This document shows, in pieces, positions 28,873 through 38,519 of a DNA stretch of 62,387 nt. Both the position numbers and the translations under genes were made by a program. How positions within the stretch are numbered: position 1 is the first letter of the stretch; each line of letters opens with the position of its first letter. The DNA comes from an uncultured virus (IMG/VR IMGVR_UViG_3300032167_000064) (lineage: Duplodnaviria > Heunggongvirae > Uroviricota > Caudoviricetes). Below the pieces are notes generated by a model. The model was not told where the DNA came from, did not search any database, and saw only the letters and a list, made by a program, of their open reading frames with translations. The DNA lies in the IMG/VR virus record IMGVR_UViG_3300032167_000064, positions 62,001 through 124,387 of that record, one strand, 5' to 3'.

Positions 28873-29457
28873 ATGAGATTTTATGTATTTAAGAAACGTA
28901 ACGATTTATCTGCTCGTCCCGATTGGTACGAGCCTATAATTACAAAGAAAATATATTCTACTACAGAGTTTGATTTAGCTAAGATTAGATATGAATCTAT
29001 GGAACTCGAACTTAAGTCTGAAGAAGTATTATTTATGGCTGTGGATTTTGGATTTGCTGCTGAGAAGAACTTTGAAGTTACTTATTGTGACCCCAGTAAA
29101 ACATATTTCCCTTATCTTGTTATCAAGTGCAGTGATGATTCTTATTTCAATTATGAAGAAAAACTCAATATGAAAAATATTAAGTTTGTACTTATAAACG
29201 ATGGTATTCATCAGCACTATTTCAATCCAATGAACGCATTTGAAAAGTTTGAATATTATAAAAATAATCGTATCGCTGCTATGTTAGCTATTGATTATAT
29301 TACTCCTGCAGGTACAAATAATCTTGTACCAATCACAAGTATTCAGGAAATTCTTTGGAGAGAGAAAGAGAAATATATTAAAAGATTAGGATTTGAGCCA
29401 TTGCCTAACAGTATTAAAATTGGTCCTATTGTGATAAAGAAGAGAGTAGAGTCTTAA
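28873..29457 (+). CDS. Hypothetical protein
   Basis: 194-aa ORF ending in a hairpin at about 29442-29470. Confidence 0.65.
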   Translation: MRFYVFKKRNDLSARPDWYEPIITKKIYSTTEFDLAKIRYESMELELKSEEVLFMAVDFGFAAEKNFEVTYCDPSKTYFPYLVIKCSDDSYFNYEEKLNMKNIKFVLINDGIHQHYFNPMNAFEKFEYYKNNRIAAMLAIDYITPAGTNNLVPITSIQEILWREKEKYIKRLGFEPLPNSIKIGPIVIKKRVES

Positions 29458-29481
29458 TGACTCTACTCCCTATTTTTATTT

Positions 29482-30186
29482 TTATTTGTTTCGTTTTGCA
29501 GTTAAAGGTGTAACATAATCGATATCAACAAGGTTTGAATGTAAATGAGCTCCTATAAGATATACATTCATTAAATTCTTTCCAAGTGAATCGGTTCTAG
29601 AAACATTAAGATCTTCCTGAGAAACATATCCCTTGGCTAAGATTTCATTACTCATCTGAGCCATTGCATCCATAGCATCTGCTTTAGGTCTTGCAAATTC
29701 ATCCATTGTATAATCAAGACCCATAGTAGCAAGGGATTCGAATTCTCTATCTGTTTCTTTGCCACCTTTGTCATCTGATGTGAGAAGACCTGTCTTCATA
29801 TCACGTTTTTCAATGTTAATAGAAGTATGATTCTTCTTGGTAAGCATCTGTTTCATTCGCTTTAAGTGAATATAGATTACCATACATTCTTCAGATTCAA
29901 TAGGTTCACCATCTTCATTGGTATAAACATAAGGAAGTTTTACTCTTTCAAGAAGTGGCTTATCAAGAACCTTAAAAGCGTCTACAATATCATACATTTT
30001 AGGTTCCACTTTAAAAACTTGTGTATGGAATCTGAAAGGAAGTCTTCTTTTACAGAATGCCATAAAATCATTGTCTGACATTGTAGCAAATATCTTTTTA
30101 TAGTAATCTGAGTTTGTATGAGTTTTATCAGCAGCATCTAATACATCGTAGATGAGTTTTTCTGCTTTTTCTCTTTGTTTATTCAT
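29482..30186 (-). CDS. Phage RNA polymerase beta C-terminal fragment (virion RNAP type)
   Basis: KRMKQMLTKKN...RDMKTGLLTSDDKGGKETDREFESL..G....EF..PKAD is a divergent beta C-terminal region of the phiKZ-like virion RNAP kind, distinct from the copy at 43941. Confidence 0.7.
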   Translation of the reverse strand: MNKQREKAEKLIYDVLDAADKTHTNSDYYKKIFATMSDNDFMAFCKRRLPFRFHTQVFKVEPKMYDIVDAFKVLDKPLLERVKLPYVYTNEDGEPIESEECMVIYIHLKRMKQMLTKKNHTSINIEKRDMKTGLLTSDDKGGKETDREFESLATMGLDYTMDEFARPKADAMDAMAQMSNEILAKGYVSQEDLNVSRTDSLGKNLMNVYLIGAHLHSNLVDIDYVTPLTAKRNK

Positions 30187-30209
30187 TTTGTGTTCTCCTC
30201 TCTTAATTC

Positions 30210-30689
30210 CTATTGAGGTAGGCTAAATACACCTAAAATGGCTATATGATCAATTTCCATATGTCCACCCAAGAATTCTATTAAGAACTCTGTTCCTTTA
30301 GGAATAGTAAATTTATCAGAATCAAATCCCAAGATATAATTAATTCCACTTATTGTATGTCTCATTTCTGTACAATTTTCACCGCCACATTCTGTAGGAT
30401 TATGTATAATATCCTTAACTGGTACAATCTTGGGTTTCATAAACATTAAGAGAATATGAGGCGGAATAACCAAATCAACATAATTAGATTGAGTGTACTT
30501 TCTTGTTTTCTTGTTCATTACATTTTCTGTATCTATAGAAGGTGTTGTACTAGGTATAAAAAATTTACCCATAAGAGCTTCAAGATTATAAAATGTAAGA
30601 TTTTCTGCCAGCACAGCTTTTTCTATTGTTTGAATATTATCGCTGGCTTGCTCATAATAATTCATTTCATTCGTTACACTATTATTCAT
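30210..30689 (-). CDS. Hypothetical protein (late-promoter class)
   Basis: ATG at 30689 with RBS GAGGTG; late motif at 30714-30727. Confidence 0.6.
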   Translation of the reverse strand: MNNSVTNEMNYYEQASDNIQTIEKAVLAENLTFYNLEALMGKFFIPSTTPSIDTENVMNKKTRKYTQSNYVDLVIPPHILLMFMKPKIVPVKDIIHNPTECGGENCTEMRHTISGINYILGFDSDKFTIPKGTEFLIEFLGGHMEIDHIAILGVFSLPQ

Positions 30690-30771
30690 TTTTAACACCT
30701 CGTTCAACCATTAATTAATCTAATGTTTTTTGAACTCTATATAATATTTTTTGATCAAAGGAGAGATAAGA

Positions 30772-31257
30772 ATGATTTATTTACCAAACGGTACCGTCTA
30801 TTTTGACAATATTTATGATATGTATTACGATTTATTTTCAGAGATTGGTCTGGGTATTAACTCACAACAGTATTTGTATGATCAGGATACTCAAACTGTT
30901 ATCCAGTTCAAGGAAAAATATATTAAGGCTTCTATCAACGGTCAGCCAGTATATGCAGGGCGTAACGATATTGTTTTTGAACCTGCTAAAAATTATACTC
31001 TTATGACTAGATTATTTGAGTATTATCTTGATAAATGTCAGAACTCAGATGATGGAGATCAGCTTCAGGGATATATTGCTCATTATATTGATGACGATGA
31101 AACTAAAGAAAAACAAAGGGTTGTAGTTAAAACTGTTGGCAGAGGAGAAATTTCTTCTCAGTTCTATTTCAATGTATATCTTGCATATATTGATTGTTTA
31201 TTCAAAATTGCAGGTTATAATGCTGATCTTAGCAATTTTGATATTAAAGTTGAATAA
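30772..31257 (+). CDS. Hypothetical protein
   Basis: ATG at 30772 after AAGGAG. Confidence 0.65.
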   Translation: MIYLPNGTVYFDNIYDMYYDLFSEIGLGINSQQYLYDQDTQTVIQFKEKYIKASINGQPVYAGRNDIVFEPAKNYTLMTRLFEYYLDKCQNSDDGDQLQGYIAHYIDDDETKEKQRVVVKTVGRGEISSQFYFNVYLAYIDCLFKIAGYNADLSNFDIKVE

Positions 31258-31279
31258 GTAGTGTTAAGGTGTAACGAAT

Positions 31280-32527
31280 ATGATTATATTAAATCCGCAA
31301 CAAGAATTAATAAAAAATCAAGCCGTAAACTGGTTCCTGAATGAGTCTAGTCAAGTTTTTGAAATTGACGGACCTGCAGGAACCGGTAAATCGGTTCTTA
31401 TAGGACAGATATTAAAAGAATTAGGATTAAAACCATATGAAGTAGCAGCTATGAGTTACACTGGTCAGGCTTCTATAGTTATGAGAATGCGTGGTTTTCC
31501 TAGTGCTAGGTCTATACATTCTACTTTATATGAGCTTGTAGAGATAGAAGATGAAGATACACGATTAGCAGAAACTTTTGGTGTAGCTTCAAAAAAGAAA
31601 GTCTTTACTTTAAAGAAAATGATAGACCCGAACATTCGTTTATTTTTTATAGACGAAGGATATATGGTTCCAAGAGATATGGTAAATGATATCTTATCTT
31701 TTGGTATCAAAGTTATTGTAGCAGGTGATGCTCATCAGTTACCACCTGTTAGTGGAGAACCGGGATTTTTAACTGGTTATGGAGTTCATCATCTTACTCA
31801 ATTAATGAGACAATCTGAATCTAATCCGATTGTCTATATAGCTAATAGAGCTATGAACGGTGAGCCTATACATAATGGAACATATTCCTCTAGAGGATAT
31901 GGTGGTCAAAATGTGTTAGTAATTAACGATGATGAATTTGTTCCACAAATGATAGGATTAGCTGATTGTATTTTGTGTGGAACTAATAAGACCAGAGAAG
32001 CTATGAATAGCTATGTAAGAAAATTGGCAGGATTTGAAGGTCAATATCCTCATCATGGTGAAAGAGTTGTATGTAGAAAGAATGATTGGGAAAGAAGTAT
32101 AGATGGAATAGCACTTGCTAATGGTTTAGCCGGTACAGTTATAAATAATCCAGATGTAAGTCCTGATGGAAAATTCTTTACTATAAATTTTAAACCTGAT
32201 TTGGTAAATGCTGTATTTTATGGAGTTCCTGTAAATTACGATTATTTTATTTCTGATTTTGAAAAGAAGAATGCTATAAAATCTTCATTTAATTCAAGAT
32301 GGTTAGTTGGAGAATTATTCGACTATGCTTATGCTTTAACTACACATCTTGCTCAAGGTTCAGAATATCCAAATTGTTTGTATATAGAAGAATTTATGAG
32401 ACAACAGATACAAAATCAGTTGAATTATACTGCAGCTACTCGTGCTGTACAAACATTAATTTGGCTTAAAAAGAAACATAAGTATTTTTATCTACCGGGA
32501 TTAAATATGATTAAAACTAATCAATAA
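31280..32527 (+). CDS. RecD/Dda-like SF1B helicase
   Basis: GPAGTGKS, IDEGYMV, GDAHQLPPV, MRQ, YALTTHLAQGSEY and YTAATRA motifs. Confidence 0.9.
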   Translation: MIILNPQQELIKNQAVNWFLNESSQVFEIDGPAGTGKSVLIGQILKELGLKPYEVAAMSYTGQASIVMRMRGFPSARSIHSTLYELVEIEDEDTRLAETFGVASKKKVFTLKKMIDPNIRLFFIDEGYMVPRDMVNDILSFGIKVIVAGDAHQLPPVSGEPGFLTGYGVHHLTQLMRQSESNPIVYIANRAMNGEPIHNGTYSSRGYGGQNVLVINDDEFVPQMIGLADCILCGTNKTREAMNSYVRKLAGFEGQYPHHGERVVCRKNDWERSIDGIALANGLAGTVINNPDVSPDGKFFTINFKPDLVNAVFYGVPVNYDYFISDFEKKNAIKSSFNSRWLVGELFDYAYALTTHLAQGSEYPNCLYIEEFMRQQIQNQLNYTAATRAVQTLIWLKKKHKYFYLPGLNMIKTNQ

Positions 32528-32574
32528 TAAAAATGATCATATATTATATTTATGATAGATAAGGAGATTACAAG

Positions 32575-33156
32575 ATGTTTGATGAATTTAAGAAAAAGAT
32601 AATTAATCCTATAGAATTTGTTAAACCCGGTGAATCCTATGCTATTACTCCAATCGAAAGATTAGAGCAGGTTAACGGAATTACAAGTTTTGCCATCCTT
32701 AAGACTACTGAGGGTGGTAAGTATATGAGAGGTAATATGTTATATTATCATCTCAATGGTGTTAGTATCTATACAGATCCTAATAACGTTATTTTTGTTG
32801 ATACAGTAAACAATATGATGTGGGTTAGAGAGTATGAAAAAGTATTAAAAGAAATCGAACCTGATAATCCTGAAGAAAAACAATATATTATGCTCTATAC
32901 GGATTTATGCTACGAAGATGATGATCAGGAATATCCTTTTAGGTGGGAAGCGGTAACTGGAAGATCAAGTGCATATGATGCTATCAAAATTAATGCTCCT
33001 GTAATTGATATTGATAAATCACTTGTATTGGTTGAAACAGTAGGTTTTAAAGACGCTTTAACTGTAAGGCAATTTATTGATTATCTGCAAAATTCTGGCA
33101 TAATCGAAGATGATACTTTCAGTACAGAAGATTATACAGGCTCAGATTATATTTAA
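32575..33156 (+). CDS. Hypothetical protein (N-terminal PIEF motif)
   Basis: RBS AAGGAG; early motif upstream. Confidence 0.7.
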   Translation: MFDEFKKKIINPIEFVKPGESYAITPIERLEQVNGITSFAILKTTEGGKYMRGNMLYYHLNGVSIYTDPNNVIFVDTVNNMMWVREYEKVLKEIEPDNPEEKQYIMLYTDLCYEDDDQEYPFRWEAVTGRSSAYDAIKINAPVIDIDKSLVLVETVGFKDALTVRQFIDYLQNSGIIEDDTFSTEDYTGSDYI

Positions 33157-33190
33157 TAAAATAATAAAAAGAAAGACGAGGTAATGTACT

Positions 33191-33616
33191 ATGGCAAAAA
33201 ATAATTCGTATATCCAGATGATGATGAATCAGAATGGTGACGAATGGATCTTGGCTTTACGTCCGGAAGATATTCAGAGATCCACAAGAAGAATTGTAAA
33301 GGATATGGTTCGAGGAACTATAGACTATCAGACTCAAGGTAAATTTTTCCTTGATCCTAAATTTATGGAGAATCTGATTATTGGTGTTAGTAATGAACTT
33401 GAAATTAATACGTTGAATTATAATGCGTGTCAGTTCTATTATCAATATTTTCCTCAGACACCTAATATACAGCCTCATATTTATCATCTGGAAAGAACAT
33501 GCTATATTTTTAGCACTATTCTCCAGAGATTAAATGCTGTTAAGATGACCGGTAATGTTGGTTATATGACTGATATTTCTGCATTATTGTTTAACGATAG
33601 AAATAATCTCAATTAA
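33191..33616 (+). CDS. Hypothetical protein
   Basis: 141-aa ORF with RBS GAGGT. Confidence 0.7.
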   Translation: MAKNNSYIQMMMNQNGDEWILALRPEDIQRSTRRIVKDMVRGTIDYQTQGKFFLDPKFMENLIIGVSNELEINTLNYNACQFYYQYFPQTPNIQPHIYHLERTCYIFSTILQRLNAVKMTGNVGYMTDISALLFNDRNNLN

Positions 33617-33635
33617 ATGACGGAGGTACAATAAA

Positions 33636-34160
33636 ATGAATAAGACTCAGTGCCAAAAATGGATGGCAGCTCTTAATGCAGCGGGGCTTACATCTTATCA
33701 GTTTGATACAGACTTAGGTACACATTTAATGAACGACGGAAAAAATGCTATTGCTATTCCTGTTGATGATATTGAAGCTGTATTAGCTATTAGAACCAAT
33801 AATTTGGCAGGTTCTCATAATGTGTATGCTAATAACGTTCAGGCAGTATTGTCTGACTATGCAGACGTTCATGAGGTTAGAACAGCTGGAACATCAGATC
33901 AGATTAAAAAGCTTGTTGAAACCTTAGGTGTAACATTAACAGACGAACAGGTTAAAATTATAGTAGAGATTGACAAACGTAACTATGATATAAAACCTGC
34001 AACCGGTGATTATGTTAATCGGTTTCGTTATCTTACTCAGAAACAGTACGAAGCTCTCTCTGAAGATGAGAAAGCTAAGTATGATTCTGAGAAGGAAAAA
34101 TACGAGACTGATAAAAAGAATTATATCGGGCAGAATATGGCAGCATCTATTACTATGTAA
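33636..34160 (+). CDS. Hypothetical protein
   Basis: 174-aa ORF with RBS GGAGGT. Confidence 0.7.
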   Translation: MNKTQCQKWMAALNAAGLTSYQFDTDLGTHLMNDGKNAIAIPVDDIEAVLAIRTNNLAGSHNVYANNVQAVLSDYADVHEVRTAGTSDQIKKLVETLGVTLTDEQVKIIVEIDKRNYDIKPATGDYVNRFRYLTQKQYEALSEDEKAKYDSEKEKYETDKKNYIGQNMAASITM

Positions 34161-34381
34161 TAGTTTTTACCTGTTCATATAACATGATATTACTATGACA
34201 AATCAAATCGTTTGCTTTCAAATATATTCCTACCGTAGAAATATCCGGAGGAAATATGAAAAGTAAACGAATTTATAGTCATATAATATAATATTGATAA
34301 GAAGAGGAAAATGTCATCCTTAACTTGTCGCGACAAAGATCAAATAGCTATTTAAAAATTATTATCAAGGAGGACAAAAAC

Positions 34382-35242
34382 ATGTTTGATCAGACTTTTG
34401 GAGCAAACCCTTATGGAATGCAGGGAGGTTATCAGTTCAATGGAATGCAGAATGGACAGATGCCTAAAATTCCTAACGTACTTAATGCAGAGGAAATCAA
34501 GGAACTTCAGCAGCAGAGAAGCCAGTTCTCACTTGGCTTAACAAAGAAAGAAAGCTTACAGGCAGCATGTAATCATCGTACAGCAGATGGTATGCAGGAT
34601 ACTTTGGTATACGATAACGTTACCGGTATTGCAACTTGTACAATTTGTGGTTATCAGTTCCGTCCGGTTGAGGCAGAAGCAACTTATGAAACAATCAAGG
34701 AAGCTTCAGATCGCCTTGTTGATATTCTTCAGACAATTAAGATTATGTATACAGATCTTCCTGCAGAGGCAGCAAAAGAATACTTCCAGATCATTCCTTT
34801 GATCGGTAAGGTTCCTCAGTTATTCGAGTTTGCAGCTAAGAACTTCGCTAAGCATGAATACAACGGCTGGAGCTACAACAACCACAATATGGGTGGTATT
34901 GCTATGCTTCAGAATCTTTCTTCTATGTTTGGTGGCGGTATGCAGCCTAACTTCGTACAGCAGCCTCAGTTCAATGGTTACGCTATGAATCCTCAGCAGC
35001 CTGTAGGTTATCCTAACGGAATGGCTCCTCAGATGCCTGGACAGAATCCTTTCGGTTATCCTGGTGCAAGTGCTCCTATGATGGGTATGCCTCAGATGGG
35101 TGCTCCGGTACAGCAGCCTGTAGCAGGTGGATATGCTCCTCAGACTCAGGGTTATGCTTATCAGCCTAACGTAGCAGCTCCGGCAGCTCCTGATGCTCCT
35201 GCAGTAACAGATGATACTGTTAAGCAGAATGTAACCGTATAA
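34382..35242 (+). CDS. Zn-binding protein with Q/P/G/M-rich low-complexity termini
   Basis: ATG at 34382 after AAGGAGG; CNH...CTIC; C-terminal about 100 aa rich in Q, P, G, M, Y and A. Confidence 0.7.
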   Translation: MFDQTFGANPYGMQGGYQFNGMQNGQMPKIPNVLNAEEIKELQQQRSQFSLGLTKKESLQAACNHRTADGMQDTLVYDNVTGIATCTICGYQFRPVEAEATYETIKEASDRLVDILQTIKIMYTDLPAEAAKEYFQIIPLIGKVPQLFEFAAKNFAKHEYNGWSYNNHNMGGIAMLQNLSSMFGGGMQPNFVQQPQFNGYAMNPQQPVGYPNGMAPQMPGQNPFGYPGASAPMMGMPQMGAPVQQPVAGGYAPQTQGYAYQPNVAAPAAPDAPAVTDDTVKQNVTV

Positions 35243-35280
35243 GATAAGGTTATCTATAAAGATAGAATGAGATAATTAGG

Positions 35281-35312
35281 TTGCCAGTAGAGACTTCAAT
35301 CTCTACTGGCAA
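35281..35312 (+). terminator. Hairpin terminator
   Basis: TTGCCAGTAGAGA / TCTCTACTGGCAA. Confidence 0.75.
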
Positions 35313-35496
35313 TTTCTCGTTCTATCTTAAATTTCAATATATTTATTTTTGTTACCAATTTTTCTTTAGGATTATTTTTTACATCCTGATATTACATACG
35401 ATTAATGAGCTTATCGTATGCAAAATCCCCAAATTTTCTAAGTTACGGGGTCCTCTACGGAAGCAAAAATAAAATTAATAAAAAAGGAGAAACAAC

Positions 35497-37854
35497 ATGG
35501 CTGTATTATCAAAAGAACAAATAGCATCAATTGATAATTATAGTAACGAAATTAAGACATTAAAAGATTTCGTTAGTGCTGTTAGAAAAAGACCTGGTAT
35601 GTATCTTGGTCCAATCAGTAACAAAGGTCTCTTAAATATGATGAGAGAAATTTTTCAGAACTGTATTGACCAGATTTTAGATCCTACCAGTCCAGCAAAT
35701 TGGTTTTCGTTCTTCTACGATGAAAGAACACTTGAGATTATTGTTGAAGATAATGGTAAGGGATTTCCTTTCAATGATATTGTAAGAATACTTACATCTC
35801 AGCACACTTCAAAGAACTTTGAAAAGAAACTTGGAGATTATTCTTCTGGTATGAATGGTGTAGGTTCTAAGATTGTAAATGCATTATCTGAAAGATTTAC
35901 AGCAGAATCTTTTAGATATGATGGTACTGCTGTAAAGGTTGATTTTGTTAAAGGATATCCGAAGACAAATGAACCTGTTAAAATTTCTAATAAAGAAAAC
36001 AAACAAGGTTCAAGAATTACATTTGTTCCTGATACTGAAATTCTTGGAGAAATGAATCTTGAATGGAAGGTTGTATATAATCTGATTAAGAATATTATGT
36101 CACTTACTCCTATTGGATCAGTATGTGACTTTGCTGCTATAGATATCAATGGTAAACAGTTTACCGAGCATATTGTAAACAAAGATGGTATTATTACAAA
36201 CTTGATTATGAATGTGAAGACTCCTATGGTTAAACCTATTGTATTATCTATGGATGACGGTGTTCATAAATTAGAAGCAGCTTTCTGTTATGATACCGGT
36301 GGAGAAGACGGTCCTGATGATTTGTCAGTTACATCTTTTTGTAACTTCTGTCCATCATATGGTACACATGTTGATGGTACTGTTGACGGTATTTGTAGAT
36401 GGTTTTCTATGTATATGAATAATATTTATCTGGCTAATCAGAAATCAAAAGATAAAACAAAGGTATTACCTATTGATATTAAGTCAGGTTTGAATATATT
36501 TATCTCTGCAGCTCATTTAGAACCCGTGTTTACAGGTCAGGCAAAAGAAATCCTATCTAATGAAGATATGATTGGATTTTGTAAAGAAGTAGCAATGAAA
36601 GGTCTTGATGAGTGGAGCAAAGCCAATCCTCAGGATTTAGCAAAACTTGCAAAATTCTTTAAAGAAATTGCAGATCTTCGTATGAAGCAGGAAGCTGGCA
36701 AGGCTAAAATTGCTACAAAGTATGCAAAGAATCCGGTTACAAATTTACCTCGTAAATATATTAGACCTCTTACTAATAAAGATAATGAACTTATAATAGT
36801 TGAAGGAGATTCTGCTCTTGGAAAAGCTGAAGAAGATAGGGATCCTAATACTCAAGGTCTGTTTCCAATAAGAGGTAAAATTATTAATGCTTTTAAGGCA
36901 AGTAGACAAGCTTTCTTCAGCAATGAAGAAGTTCAGGGTATTACTCGTATCACTTTTGGACAAGATTATCGTAAAGGTCTTACTATAGAAGATGCTAAAG
37001 TGAAAAAAATCATATTTATGACCGATGGTGATATTGATGGTGCTCATATAGCAGCACTTTTGCTTCGAATGTTCGTTATGTATTATCCGTTTTTAATAGA
37101 AGCTGGTATGGTATATAAGGCTATTCCTCCTTTATACAGTATCAAAGACGGAAAGAAAACAAGATACTTTACAGATAATCTTGATATGATTAGATATATT
37201 CAGAAATTCTTCTTATCATCGAATGAATTTAAGTCTATAGATAATAAAGATCTTAGCTCAAAAGAGATTACTAGTTTCTTCTTAAAAAATGCTGATTATA
37301 TTTATTATATCACAAGAACCGCTAGTACTTATGCTGTAGATCCTTATTTGCTCGAAATGGTATTAATACATTATCTCTTAAATAAGAAAACTATCAAGTT
37401 TGAGAAACTTCAAAAAGAAGTAAAATCTGTATACAGATTTATGGATGTATATAAAGAACACGGAACTATCGTTGTTAGAGGTTCTATTGACAAATCAAAC
37501 TTGATTATTATCAGTGATAAATTCTTAAGAGATTGTGCTGATATTCTTCGTATAATGGAATCAAATGATAGCCTTTATTATATGCTCAATAAACAGAAAA
37601 GTTCACTGCTTACTGTAATGAAAGTATATGAATCTAATACGCCTAAAGATATTCAGCGATACAAGGGTCTTGGTGAAATGGGAGATGGTCAGCTTGGAGA
37701 ATCTACTCTTAGACCTGATTCTGATAGAATGCTTATCAGATATACTATGGATAGTGCTAAAGAAGCTATTAACTTCATTAGAGAATATGAATCTGATACA
37801 AAGAAGATTCTATCTGAAGTTGGTGTTGTTACTAGGGATGATCTGTTAGACTAG
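35497..37854 (+). CDS. gyrB: Type IIA topoisomerase subunit B (GyrB/ParE-like)
   Basis: VRKRPGMYLG, EDNGKG, GMNGVG, VEGDSA, PIRGK, TDGDIDG and RYKGLGEM motifs. Confidence 0.9.
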   Translation: MAVLSKEQIASIDNYSNEIKTLKDFVSAVRKRPGMYLGPISNKGLLNMMREIFQNCIDQILDPTSPANWFSFFYDERTLEIIVEDNGKGFPFNDIVRILTSQHTSKNFEKKLGDYSSGMNGVGSKIVNALSERFTAESFRYDGTAVKVDFVKGYPKTNEPVKISNKENKQGSRITFVPDTEILGEMNLEWKVVYNLIKNIMSLTPIGSVCDFAAIDINGKQFTEHIVNKDGIITNLIMNVKTPMVKPIVLSMDDGVHKLEAAFCYDTGGEDGPDDLSVTSFCNFCPSYGTHVDGTVDGICRWFSMYMNNIYLANQKSKDKTKVLPIDIKSGLNIFISAAHLEPVFTGQAKEILSNEDMIGFCKEVAMKGLDEWSKANPQDLAKLAKFFKEIADLRMKQEAGKAKIATKYAKNPVTNLPRKYIRPLTNKDNELIIVEGDSALGKAEEDRDPNTQGLFPIRGKIINAFKASRQAFFSNEEVQGITRITFGQDYRKGLTIEDAKVKKIIFMTDGDIDGAHIAALLLRMFVMYYPFLIEAGMVYKAIPPLYSIKDGKKTRYFTDNLDMIRYIQKFFLSSNEFKSIDNKDLSSKEITSFFLKNADYIYYITRTASTYAVDPYLLEMVLIHYLLNKKTIKFEKLQKEVKSVYRFMDVYKEHGTIVVRGSIDKSNLIIISDKFLRDCADILRIMESNDSLYYMLNKQKSSLLTVMKVYESNTPKDIQRYKGLGEMGDGQLGESTLRPDSDRMLIRYTMDSAKEAINFIREYESDTKKILSEVGVVTRDDLLD

Positions 37855-37895
37855 TTCATCCCTAGTCTTTATTTTCTATTAGAAAGGAAAAAGTT

Positions 37896-38519
37896 ATGAA
37901 ACATAGAAGACGATACACTTCAGTAGAAAGTGTTTTAGATATTTATGATCATAATAGATGCTGGTACTATATTCCTGGCTTTAATGGATATGAAGTATCT
38001 AACGATGGTTATATTCGTTCTATGAAACATTACTTAAGATATCCTTATGGAATTCTCATTAGTCCAGTTACAAGAGAACCTTATGGATCTAGTTGTGATC
38101 CATTATTTGAAATCTCTGATGATAATAATGTAAGAAGAAGAATTAGATTGTCTCAATTAATTCATCTTGCTCATACAAGTAATTATCATGCAGCTGGATA
38201 TCCTAGAGCTACTATTATTACAGATAATACCTCTAGAAATAAATATGTAAAAAATCAAAATGGAGCATATGTGAAGGTTTATAATGGTAATAAACCAGGT
38301 GGAGGTAGAAAATCATTTACTATACCACCTATGGATAATTCTGTACACTATGCAAAATTTACTATCATACAAGAAGGGAACGAATTACCAAGAATGACTT
38401 ATTGTCAACCTGAAGTACAAGTTCCAATAGAATCAATCAAAGGAGACGAATATTATGGCAGAAAAGATTGTAGAGCGATCAGCCACCTCAATGTATGTGG
38501 AAGATCAGGCGAAGTATAG
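37896..38519 (+). CDS. NUMOD4-domain protein (homing-endonuclease-derived, no recognisable HNH)
   Basis: WYYIPGFNGYEVSNDGYIRS is a NUMOD4-like motif; overlaps the start of the A-subunit gene by 65 nt. Confidence 0.6.
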   Translation: MKHRRRYTSVESVLDIYDHNRCWYYIPGFNGYEVSNDGYIRSMKHYLRYPYGILISPVTREPYGSSCDPLFEISDDNNVRRRIRLSQLIHLAHTSNYHAAGYPRATIITDNTSRNKYVKNQNGAYVKVYNGNKPGGGRKSFTIPPMDNSVHYAKFTIIQEGNELPRMTYCQPEVQVPIESIKGDEYYGRKDCRAISHLNVCGRSGEV

